Origin: Piromyces finnis finn
Taxonomy: Eukaryota; Fungi; Neocallimastigomycota
NCBI GenBank assembly: GCA_002104945.1
Contig: MCFH01000034.1
Location: 1 to 64,000 of the forward strand
Length of the DNA stretch: 64,000 bases
Direction of reading: 5' to 3'
Within the stretch, counting starts at the first letter, position 1; each line of letters begins with the position of its first letter. The notes under the pieces were generated by a model. It was given only the letters and a program-made list of their open reading frames with translations. It did not search any database and was not told the origin of the DNA. The position numbers and the translations under genes are program-made. Below, piece by piece: positions 34,297 to 57,580 of this stretch.

Positions 34297-35491
34297 TTTA
34301 TAACTTTCATATTTAATTTTCAATGAAATTTAAAAAAGATATAATTATTAAAATTAGAATTTCTTTTCTTATATTTTCTTATTCTTATTATTCTTATTAT
34401 TATTTTTTTTATAATTTATATTCAAAGTTATATGTACTTTTAATAATGTATTATATGAAAAAAAAAAAAAAAAAAAAGTAGAGGAAATAACAACTACCTA
34501 TAATCTTGATTTGATTGATAGATGTCATTTATTGGGTCATTATCATAATCATAATATGACTTTTAATTAATAAAATAAAATAAAATAAAATAAAAATAGT
34601 AATTTAATAATAAAATTTATTTTCATTATATTTATATATTTGGAATATAACATTTTTTATGATTGAATGACTTTATTAATTATATTTATTTAAAATAATT
34701 TAAATTACCATTTTTAATAAAAAGTATAGAAATAAATGGATATAAAATTTGTATTGATTAGTTTTTCTTATTTATTTTTGTTTGCAGTTTAATAATTATT
34801 GTTAATTATTTAATTTTTAAATGTTAATGAATCTATTATTGTTTTTAAATTATAATTTGAAATTTTAAATTGTTAATAATTTATAAACTTTGATATTAAA
34901 ATTAAATTGTAATGTAATATACTTAATATTGCAACAATAACGGCACTACATACATATTATTATTATATACTATCTTTATTTTTAATATTCTTTATTTTTG
35001 ATATTTTTTTTTTTAACATAAAAATGTAGATTTCATTTTTATGTTTAAAATTTTTATTTAAATACAATCAATATATTCAAATATATTTATATAATACTAA
35101 AATTTAAAATTTATGACATAAAATAGCTTTTTATTAAATATAATTAATAAAATTTTAGATAAGAAAAAATTAAAAAATGGTTTTTTGTTAATTTATGAAA
35201 TTATAAATAATATTGAAAAATTATTGAAAAAATTTGTTTTAAATTTCTATATTATGTGTTTGGTAAGAATGCAAATATAATAATAATAAATAATAAAAAA
35301 AAAAAAAAATTAAAATAGATTAAAGGATTAAAGATTAATAAAAATATGATATGCTATTCTTTTTAATTTATAACATTATAATTAAAAATAATTTGATACT
35401 GATAATATTTATTAAATACTATTAATAAATATATATAATAAATATATAGTTATGATGCGTTGTTAAATAATGGGTATTAAATATTGAATAT

Positions 35492-36979
35492 TTATAGAGG
35501 TATTGAACTTTTTGATGATAGCGCTTGCATTACAGCTTGTGGGAAAAATAGCTGATTAGATAAATGATGACATATTCCATAATCACCAGCCAAATAAACA
35601 ACATATTCTACTGCTATAAAACATATCAACACACCCAATAACCAAGTCAGTATAAATAATAAAGAGAATTGAATTTTGTGTTTAGAAATTATTAAGAAAA
35701 CTGAATTTTTATCTAAAACAATAGTTATAATAATAAAGAATAAGTATGAATAATAAATAATTTTATTAATGTAAAATCATTATTAGAATAAATATAGTTT
35801 TAAATTTTGTATTTACCTATTGAAAATTTTGCTATGCTTTTATCATAATTTTTAGAAATACAATCTTCATTATTATTTAATTGATTAATAACCAATTTTT
35901 GCTGTTCAATTTCCTGAATTAGATCTTTTTCTTTTTCTTTATACTTTTTAATAACTTCTAATTTTGATTCTTCTTTAGCTTTTTTGATTATATCATTTAT
36001 TTTTTCATTCGAAGTCAATTCCAATTTACTGTTTTCCTTTTCTTTTATTTGATGTAATTCCTCTAACTCTTTTTTAAGTAATTTAATTTCTTCTTTTAAA
36101 TCTCTATTTTCAAATTGGCCTTTATCATATAGTACAATAATAATTTGGGTTAGTAATGCGTAGAGTTGTGTAATTAATGAGATATATAGTTAATTTATAA
36201 AATATTTATTTAATACAAAATAAAATTTCTTAATAAAAATAAAATATTATATTAACTTTTTGATAATTGTGATTCTATTAATTTATTTAAATTTTGAGCT
36301 TATTATATATAATTGTAATTGTAATTAATATTGTTTAAAGCGTCATTGAATAAAATCAAATGATAAAAAGTATTGAAATAAAATATTTAAATAATATATG
36401 CAAATTCAAAGAAAAAAAAACATATTAAGTATATGGAATATAAATATTCATAAAATTGTAGTATTTTTTTAAACAATAACAGAAAAAAAGAAAAAAGAAA
36501 AAAAAAAAAAAAAAGAAACAGAAAAAAATTATTATTATTTTTCATATTGAACTTATATATCTATAAATAGTTTTACTTACTGGTACGAAGCTTTGATCTT
36601 AAGACCTTTTATTTGTTAAATATAATTAAATAATGTTATATTAATAAATGTTATATATATTAAATATAAAATGAAATTATTATACATTATTTCTACAATT
36701 ATCATTATATTTATATTTAAATTAATGAATATATACATTTTCAATTTGATTTCTATCCTGGTCACTACTACTGATTTCACTTTGAATTTCATCCATTAAT
36801 GTCTATAATATTATTTCATACAATAATATTAAATTCTTTATTAAACTTTTCATAAAAAAAAATATTTTGGTATTTATTTCAACTTACAGGTTTTCCCGAA
36901 TAATCACTTTTCATTTCATTACTTTAATTAAAAGTTAAAATATATACAATAATATTATTATCATGTAATTTTTATAATT

Positions 36980-37066
<87 letters not shown>

Positions 37067-38426
37067 TTAATACATTGTATTTTCATTTTTTATATCCAAT
37101 TCTTCGGCTATTTGGCGTAAATGTTCATTCTCATTTGCTAACTTTTCCTTTTCTATTGAAATATCACTTAATATTTCTATTTGTTCCTTTAATTCGAAAT
37201 TTTCTTCATTAATTTTAGCATTTTCTTCTTTTAGCTATATTATTCAAATTTTGAATAATTAATAATTTTATCAATGAGCATTTTCATTTATATATAGTAA
37301 CAACATAATCTTTATAATAAAATATTAAGAAACAACATTTTAAGCTTTACATTTTGTATTATAACTTCAGAATTTTTGAATTTTGATTCATAATTATTTT
37401 TGTCCTTTTTTAGTGATTGATTTAAAATTTTGTATTCTTCAATACTTTCTTTTTTTTCCTGTACTTCATTTAATAAATATTCATTCTTATCTTTTTATAA
37501 TATAGAATATATATAAGACATATTAGATAATACATAATTTTTATTTATAAAAATTATAAACTATACCTTTTAATTGATTTATAACTTTATTCTTTTTCTC
37601 AATTTCATTATTTAAGTTTTCAATTTCTAATTTATTAGATTGTTCAATCTTTTTTTTTTAATGCGTATATATAATATATATAAAGTAAATAAACACAATA
37701 ATAATAACAACAACAAAATTAAATTATACCTCTTCAACATGAATTTTATTTTTTTGTAAAATGTTATTAATTTTCTTAAATTCTTCTTTTAATTTATTTA
37801 TTTCATCTTCTAATTTGCTGTTCTCTTCTTCAATTTTTCTGATATATTCAGAATTATCAATCTTCTTTGAATCTCTTTTAGTTTTCTTTTATTAATTATA
37901 AAAATAATTAAATAATTTTAGTTTAAATATATATTTAAATAATTTATTAAAAATATATTTAAAAAAAAAAAAAAATTACAATATTATAATTTTCATTTAA
38001 AGAATCTACTGAGGAAATACTCATATTTGATTTTAATATAGAATCGGAATTTACGTAAAAAGAACTATCAGGATTACTGAAATCATTTGGATTAAAGTGT
38101 ATTTTTTTGGAAGCAGTTTGTGTAATGAACATTTTATCAACAAGAGACGATGATGTCGAAGGAGCATTATTATATTTAATATTAGAATCACTTTGATAGG
38201 ACATTGAATTATTATTATTATTTTCTTGCTCAATAGAAAAACTATTATTTAAGTTTTTTAATTTATTTATTACTGAAATAGAATAGTTGTTTTTTTCGTT
38301 AATGCTATGATTTTTTTTTGTTGGAATTGGTGAACTAAAATCTAATGGAGATGTTCTTGGCTTTGTTAGATTAGCATATTTATTATTTTTATCAATAGAT
38401 TCTCCTTCAATTTTTTTAGAAAACAT
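35492..38426 (-). CDS. Long coiled-coil protein with a single C-terminal TM helix (tail-anchored type), 11 exons
   Basis: Traced exons give a Ser-rich N-terminus, heptad-rich KE segments (EEENSKLEDEINKLKEE..., LKEENAKINEENFELKEQ...), TM FSLLFILTWLLGVLICFIAVEYVVYLA and a ~31-aa tail ending SSIPL-stop. Confidence 0.78.
36985..37065. repeat. (AAT)27 microsatellite, intronic
   Basis: Pure repeat inside an intron of the coiled-coil gene. Confidence 0.95.
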
Positions 38427-38672
38427 CTTAATTTTGAAATAAAATGTTTATATTTTCTTATTTATTATTTTTCTTAATAATAATTATTTGAATTGAATAT
38501 TATTAACAATATTTATAATTATATTTATATATGCTAATTATTTAATAATAATTTTTATTTTGTAGATTTTTATTTTTTTAATTTTTATTTTTATCAGAAT
38601 TTATCAATTAAATAGTTAAAATTTAAAATATATAAAAAAAAAATTATATATATTATATTTCTTAAAGAAAAG

Positions 38673-38716
<44 letters not shown>

Positions 38717-39151
38717 ACTATTAATACTTTTTATGGTTAAAATAAAAGTAATATTTAATAATAATAATCTTACTCCTAAACTCTAACTCCTATTACATTA
38801 TTTTTTTATTGTTATTTCTTATTATATAATTTAAGATAAAAATATTGGCTTGATTATTTAATTAATTTGGAGACAATTATTTTATTTAAATAATTATAAA
38901 AGTATTAATCTTATTTTATCTGAAAATCATTTTCATCATTAAATATTTATAAATATTATTTTTTTGATTGCGAATAGAAAAAACAAAAAATTAAAAAGAA
39001 TATACATCATTAAATTTAGATTATGTATTTTAGAATGAATAGTATTTTATTTTATTTTAATATAATTAAAATATTATTTTTTTTATATAATTAAATATTA
39101 CTTTTATTTATATACGTGTATTAAAATTATTATTAAAAAATAATCATTTAA

Positions 39152-44544
<5,393 letters not shown>

Positions 44545-45085
44545 ATTTTTTTGAGTTTATAAAATTAATTTCTTAATTAAAAAAAGTGAAATTCATATTA
44601 TTGATAATTTTATTAAGTTTTTTTTTTTTTTTTTGGAATGTTTAAAACAATTTCTTTTATCTTAACAGGAATATTAATAACATAAAATCAAAAATTAAAT
44701 TAATTATATTATTTTATTACATAAATTATTATATTAATTATCATATAATTGTTTATATATTAATAAAGTTTATTTTTTTTTAACTTTAAAAAATTGTAAA
44801 AGTTTTTAAAAAGTATAATTATTTTTTGAAAATTTTTCAGTTTTTTAATTATTAATCATTTTCATATAACAAATAATATATAAATCTTTTTGTAACAAAT
44901 CAATACAATTTCATTATTTTATTATTTTTACTACTATTATTAAATAGAAATATTGGAATATTTTTACTATTAATAAATTATACATTTAATATGTGATATG
45001 ATATATAATAATGATTATTTCATTTTTAAAAAGATAGAAAGATTTAAATAATCATTATTATTTAATATATTTTGAAAAATTATAA

Positions 45086-50803
<5,718 letters not shown>

Positions 50804-51826
50804 TTTTATTTTTTTTTTACTTGAAACTAAAAAGAAAATAAAAAAAAATAAACTCTTATTCTATGTTAAGTATTTTCAATAGTTGATTAACCATTAATCG
50901 TTAATATAAAGTATCAACATTAAAAAAAAAAAAGATGTTTTTATTATTAAATTTAATGAAAATAATTAAAAAGAATATATTATAATTATTTCACTAATAA
51001 AAAATCTTATATTTCTATAACTAAATAACCAATTTATATAGTTTAGAATTAAAATTATTTTAAATTATTAAAAAGAATTGATCAATACCATATTGATACT
51101 ATAATTTTTATGGTTTATAAATATTATTATTATTACGGAAATTAATAATGAAAATTTAAATTTTTAAAATTTATAATCTTTTTTTTTTTTTTATCTTATT
51201 TTTATAAAAATATTTTTATAATATATTATAGGTAAAGAAGATCTGAAAAAGATATAAATTTATGTTATATATATAATAAGCTATATAGTTGTAATATTAC
51301 TAATTTATATTTTATTCATTCAGATGTAATCTATCCAAATAAATATTAAACTTAATATATATACAAAATCTAATGTTTTTTTAATGTTTTTATTTTTTTA
51401 CAATTTATCTAGTATCTATATTAATATATTAATATAGATATTTTTCCTTAATAGAAGCCTTTATTAACAAATTATTTTTCTTTTATATATTTATTAATAC
51501 TTTCTGAAATAAATTTATGATTATATTATATTTATAAAATGTGATGACATAGGCTTACAATTAGTAACATTATTATTTAGGTCACCAACTTGGATCATAT
51601 GAATAATGACATGGGTTAATGAGTATCGAAGCTATAGAAATAATATTAAAAACCAATAGAGATCAAAAAACACATTTGTAAATGGGAAGCAATCAACATA
51701 ATTCTCTCTATATAATTTATTAATAATTACATAAAATAAAATAATGATGAAATGATAGAATCTAATGAAGAATAAATAATTTCACAAGATAAAAAAAAAT
51801 TTATTTCGTTAATTTCAATAATAAAA

Positions 51827-52207
51827 AAGGCTTTTGGTTCGACTCCGCAGATGTCAGTGCTCGTGGATTTTATTGGATTTTGCCATGGGTTGGGTTATTA
51901 TAAGTATTAACTTAGACTATTCCAAATACACAAGCAACTTTCCTTTATCAATTTATGTCTAAATATTAGGGGTGATTGGCACGTGGTCAAAAATTTACTA
52001 TATGAGGCTTAGCATTATAGTTGGAAATATCGTATAACATCATGTATCTAATGCACATGGATTAATTGAGCGTCGACGCTGAAGATCCAGTATGACATAC
52101 CAGGAGGGTCACAACCAAGCAATAGGAAAGAGCCAACGTTTCTCTAAGAACCACCATTGGGGCTTACTTTGATTGATAGGAGAAATGCACTCGGAAGTTA
52201 AAAAAAA
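51827..52207 (+). mobile_element. Diverged SINE copy E lacking ~110 bp internally
   Basis: Colinear with the element from aaggct(t)ttggttcgactcc to gcactcggaagtt, then A8. Many substitutions. 11-bp TSD tcaataataaa at 51815-51825 and 52209-52219. Confidence 0.9.
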
Positions 52208-53060
52208 CTCAATAATAAATACATAAAACTATGTTAGAATTATATATTTATTTAAATAATCATCTTTTATTTATTGTTAGAGTTTATAGTATAATAAAAT
52301 ATAATATTTTATTTCATCAAATTTACAATAATATGAAAATAACAATTTAGTACAAAATTATTTTTAAATATTATTGATTTGTTGATTTATTATTAACTTT
52401 AAAATACTTTTTTTTTTTTTTTTACAATATATTATTAATTATTCTAAAAAAAAAAAAAAAAAACGGCATATTAAAAATACCATATATGGCAATATTATCA
52501 TATAAAAATATATTATTATTTTTATAATTAATATTAAATATATACTTTTAAATAATATTAATTTTGGATTAATAAAATAAAATATAATAGAATGATTTTT
52601 ATATGAATAAATGATATATAATAAACAAAGTCCAGATTTATTTCAACTATTATTTATTTAATTTCTTAATAAAATATATTTATATAGATTAACTATAATC
52701 ATTATAATTAATATTCTTTAATATAATAATCTACTATAGCAAAAGTGTACTTTTTTTGAGTAATTTATAAAATATCATAAAAATATGCTAATTCACTTAG
52801 TTTAAAGTCTTTTCTATACCAATTATTTAGAGTTTTACTAAAAATTATGATTTTTTAATCATAATAGTAATAGAATATTAATGAATCATTTAATTATTAT
52901 TAAATAATTATAATTTTTATATACTATATAGTTAACAAATAATATTTTCAAATACTTAATAGTTATTTATAATAGTTATTTTATATTACAATAACTATTT
53001 ATATTTAAAATATGGTATATGGTACACATTAATTCACATAGATTAAAGAGTAAAAGTGAA

Positions 53061-53139
53061 AACCACCTTACAAACAGGAAGTGGTTTTCTTTGAGAACTA
53101 TCATTAAAATTATTCTATTAGATGGGAGAAATGTACTCG
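53061..53139 (+). mobile_element. Highly decayed relic of the SINE 3' end
   Basis: aaccacct..aggaa..tttct.tgagaac.atcatt....gatgggagaaatgtactcg aligns to the element 3' end; 18/19 identity over gatgggagaaatgYactcg. Confidence 0.75.
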
Positions 53140-53691
53140 TATATTAAATAAATAAAGAAAAGAACTAATAATAAAATATAAATATCTTATATTAAAATTT
53201 TAAAAGAACTTTGACAGAATTAATAAATATAAATGAAAAAACAATGATATTTAAATAAAAATTAAATATACTGAATATTATGATTCTAATTTTGTTTAAT
53301 AGTAGTGTGGTTTTTAATATTGATTAATATTAATAATAATAAAATAATCAATCAATATTTCATAGAATATAGTTTATATATATAAAAAGAATATTAAAAA
53401 TATTATCAATAGAGAGAAAAACCGTTTTGTATATTAATTTTTAATATGAATTAATTATCAAAGCTATTATTATATATAGTTTCAATCAAAAAAAAAAAAA
53501 AAAAAAAAAAAAAATATTTAGAAAATATAAATTATTAATAAATAAAGTTACAAAATAAATTTTCAAAACATATTTTTAATCTAATTGAGTTAAATTAATG
53601 TAACAATTTGAATTAAAAAAAAAAAATATTATTTAATAATTCATTTCCATTTTACATTTTAAAAAAAAATTTTTTTTTTTATTACTTTCTA

Positions 53692-54223
53692 GTCGTTCCA
53701 GTTTTTATCCTGGTTGTTAAGGCGTTTCCTTAGCATACATAAGGCTTCTGGTTCGACCCCGCAGATGTCAGTGCCTGTGGATTTTCCCACTGGGTTTGCC
53801 ATGGGTTGGGTTATGATATTCAGGTAAGTATAAATGAACTTTCTAATTTACTACTATGATAATAACACTCGTCTAGCCGGCCTGAGAGGGTCTAGTGTAC
53901 ATGGTACATTCCAAATTAGAACTTAATAAGTGGTGACTTAGGCTATGCCAAAAACACATAATATTCCTTAATCAATTTAAGTGTAAACATTAGGGGGCGG
54001 TTGACACGTGATCAAATTGACTATAAGAGGCTTAGCATTGTAGTTGTGAAATATCGTACAACGACATGCATCTAATGTACATGGATTAAGTGAGCGTCGA
54101 AGCTGAAGAAACAGTATGACAGACCAGGAGGGTCACAACCACCTAGCAATAGGAATGAGCCAACGTTTCTCTAAGAACCACCATTGGAGCTAACTCTGAT
54201 CGATGGGAGAAATGCACTCGGAA

Positions 54224-54259
<36 letters not shown>
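53692..54259 (+). mobile_element. SINE-like retroposon copy D (full length)
   Basis: Same 5' end as copy B (gtcgttcc). A33 tail (54227-54259). 13-bp TSD ttattactttcta at 53679-53691 and 54260-54272. Confidence 0.95.
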
Positions 54260-54261
<2 letters not shown>

Positions 54262-56413
54262 ATTACTTTCTATGAGAAGGAAAAGGAAAGATCAGAATAA
54301 TAAAAATGTAAAACTATATTCATTGTATATTAGAAATTATTATTTTAAATAAATTTCAACAAAGATTACAATTGTTATCATAATAAAAACATTATAATTG
54401 TTATTTTATAATTAATATTTTTAATTATTCTATACATTTGAATATAACTCTATCTCTACAAATAAAAGAATTATATTAATTGATTAATACTTTTAAATAA
54501 ATATTAACTTTAATAATTCAAATTTTCAAATAATTTATAAATATTTTAGTTTAATTTTAATAAAGTTTCTTATAAACATTTATATATTATTTATTATATG
54601 ATAATAAAACCATATTTTTATGCATTACACAACACGGTTACAAATTTGTAATACAATTTTAATTTATATACTTCTATTTAAATAACATCCAATTAATATT
54701 AGCGGAAGGTATTGAAATTAAAAATAAAGTTTAAACTTAAATAATATTAACATAATAATTAAAGTTTATAATAATAAAAGGGAAAATTTTAATATTTATA
54801 TTATTTCATATATTAGTATATATTATTAATAAATACAATAATATATACAAATAGAAGGAATAAATTAAAGATATAATACGAATATATTATTTAATAAATT
54901 TAATGAATAGTATGCTCAATTGAATACTATTAACTTTAATATTTAATATAATTAATATATGATATTATTAGTAATATATTATATGTTATTATACAGTATT
55001 AAATGATATATTATTTTCAAAACATTCTATTTAATAACAATAATAAAAATTTATCAAACCAGCATTATTATAATATATTAAATTTATTTTTGATTATTTA
55101 TAATATATTGAATGAAATATAATAATATATTATTTTTTTTGGTGGTGCAATCTTTTTTTGTTATAGTGATTAAAGTTTTATTACAATGTTTAAATTAATT
55201 AATTTATTTTAAACACTTTAATATATTAACTATAGTCATTTATCATATATATTAATATAATTTGTAATAAAAAGAAATTAATATTGTAATAATATAGTTT
55301 TATTTTCTTTTATCTATATAATATAAATATCTTCATTTCTTCTTGGTTAATTAAGTTTTTTTTTCTTTAAAATATTTTTTAAATTTATATATACTATTTT
55401 TATTATTATTTTTTAATCTTAAATTAATAATTTTAAACTATCATATATTATAAATTTCTTTTAAATATTTAAATTGTAATTAAAATTTTTTATTTTTTAT
55501 TAATTTTATAAAATTTAATATTTAATTTAATTTTTATTTTGTGAATAGTTTGTTTAGTTTTAAAATTAATTTAATAACTAAAAAAAAAGTAGTAAATATA
55601 TACCGATATTTTATATACAATTTTAATTATAATTCCAAATATTATCAAGAAAAATCAAGAAAAAAGGATTAAGCAAAATTAATTATTTTTTTTTCTCGAA
55701 TTTTTCTTATTATAATTAATTAAATAAAAAGATTAATATAAGCTTACGTAATAGTGTTATTACCAACTAAAGAAAAGGTACTAAATTAAAATAAAGAAAA
55801 GTAGTTTTAAAAATAAATATATTGTAAATAATTAATAAAAATTGAGAAGAAAAAGATTATTAAATATTATAAAAAAGTAAGAAAAAGTAAAATAAATAAA
55901 ACTAAATATATAAAACAGTTTTTTTGAAATAATAATAATAAATAAATATAAATAGAACCAAAAAGAAAAAAATATATAATAAAAATCAAATATATAAAAA
56001 TAATAAAAATAAAAAGCAAAAGAATAGACTAAAAAAATAGTTTAATTATAATAAATAGTAATAAATAAAAATATATAAAAAAAATAGAACCAAATAAAAA
56101 ATTCGAAAATAAAAAATAAAATAGTAATATAATTAAATATTTATATTATTAAATATTCAAGCTTCAGAGTTTTTAATAAAAATAATATTAAATATAGAAA
56201 AGGTAAAATATACAATGAAATTAATCTAAATATTCAAAAAATTTTTTTTATGAATGGACAATAGAATATAGTTGTTTAGCATAATTTAAATTAATAAAAT
56301 AAAAAGAATTTTAATATGTATACTAACAAGTTTTATTTTATAAAAAATCAATTTATTATTATTTTTATATAAAATATTATAAAAATAAAATATATTTATA
56401 TGAAGAATTTCAG

Positions 56414-57580
56414 ATGAAGAATTTTGTTTTTATAAATATTGTTGTTTTTATACAGTTTTTCTTATCTGCCAATTCTCGAGCTATTGATAAGGGAGTTAGT
56501 GTCGTATATTCCTTTGAAGATGAATTAGCAAAGTATAAGAATATTAAAAGAATTAAATGGGATGAACAAATTGAAGATGAAGTTAAAGTCCCAGAAAATA
56601 ATATCTTTAAAAGATTAGCTTTTGAAGATGATGAAAAGTTTGAAGCTAAATTAAAACAATTTGAAGAAATTGAAGACGAAGAAGTAGTTGATGAAATTCC
56701 AAACGAATTTCCTCACGAAGAAGATAGGTTATTAAAACGTTCTACTATTAGTTCTTCTGAATATTTCAGAAGTCAATTATCTTCTTTTGAGAAAAAAGTT
56801 TATGATGCCTTATATAATATTTCAAACAAATCAAAAGTTTCAACTCTTTCATTCCAACTTAAAGATTTAAAAAGTAGCGGTGTAAAATCTAGTTATATTA
56901 AGCTCTATTCTTCAAGAGGTATTGGTGCTTTAGTAAGAGATCATCCAGAATTTTGGTGGATAAAAAAATACACTGTTTCAATGAAGAACTCTGGTAATTA
57001 CGTTAATGTGTTAAGTGTTAATATTCAATCTGATTATTCACTTTCAGATATTAATACATATAAAGATAAGATTAAGAGCAGAGCTACTAGTATTGCAAAT
57101 TCTGCCAATAAGAAATCTAATACATACAATAAGTTATTATATATACACGATTATTTAGTAAAATATATTAAATATAAGGATGGATCTTCATATTCCTATA
57201 ATTTATATGGTGCACTTATTAAAAACGCTTCTGCTTGTGAAGGATATGCTGAATCATTTGCTTATATTTCTAGAATGATTAATGTTCCAACAATTTGTGT
57301 TACAAGTAATTCTCATAAATGGAATTATGTTTACCTTAAATCTAAGTGGTATGCAGTTGATGTTACTTTTGATGATCCAACTGTTAGCGGAAAGAACTAT
57401 GATGTTGGTGATGCTAATAATTTATCACGCAAATTCTTCTTAATTGGTAAAGATACTGTAGTTAGTAAGAATAAGACTTATACAACATATTCAAACAGAA
57501 AACTAGTCAGTTATATTGAATTTTCTAATGCTACTGGTTTCAAATTCCCAACTCTCTCATCTTCTAAATACACTCCATAA
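56414..57580 (+). CDS. Secreted transglutaminase-like (TGc) cysteine hydrolase/transferase, 388 aa, intronless
   Basis: Signal peptide MKNFVFINIVVFIQFFLSANS, acidic propeptide ending LLKR. Triad motifs SACEGYA (Cys), SHKWNYV (His), WYAVDVTFDDP (Asp). Confidence 0.85.
   Translation: MKNFVFINIVVFIQFFLSANSRAIDKGVSVVYSFEDELAKYKNIKRIKWDEQIEDEVKVPENNIFKRLAFEDDEKFEAKLKQFEEIEDEEVVDEIPNEFPHEEDRLLKRSTISSSEYFRSQLSSFEKKVYDALYNISNKSKVSTLSFQLKDLKSSGVKSSYIKLYSSRGIGALVRDHPEFWWIKKYTVSMKNSGNYVNVLSVNIQSDYSLSDINTYKDKIKSRATSIANSANKKSNTYNKLLYIHDYLVKYIKYKDGSSYSYNLYGALIKNASACEGYAESFAYISRMINVPTICVTSNSHKWNYVYLKSKWYAVDVTFDDPTVSGKNYDVGDANNLSRKFFLIGKDTVVSKNKTYTTYSNRKLVSYIEFSNATGFKFPTLSSSKYTP

Noticed and set aside
38673-38714. 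Solo poly(A) tracts as extremely truncated retro-insertions (also 53487-53514, 14338-14359)
   Set aside because: No flanking TSD found; A-runs are ubiquitous here.
51541-51780. Slightly GC-richer block just upstream of SINE copy E, possible TE or gene fragment
   Set aside because: Stops in the frame translated, no similarity to the SINE head, outside copy E's TSD. Cannot be assigned without a search.
53058-53089. Hairpin gaaaaccac...gtggttttc as a terminator or MITE end
   Set aside because: Lies within the decayed SINE relic; not present in young copies; no TSD.
54638-54651. Perfect 14-bp palindrome ttacaaatttgtaa as a regulatory site
   Set aside because: Single occurrence, almost all A/T; expected by chance at this composition.
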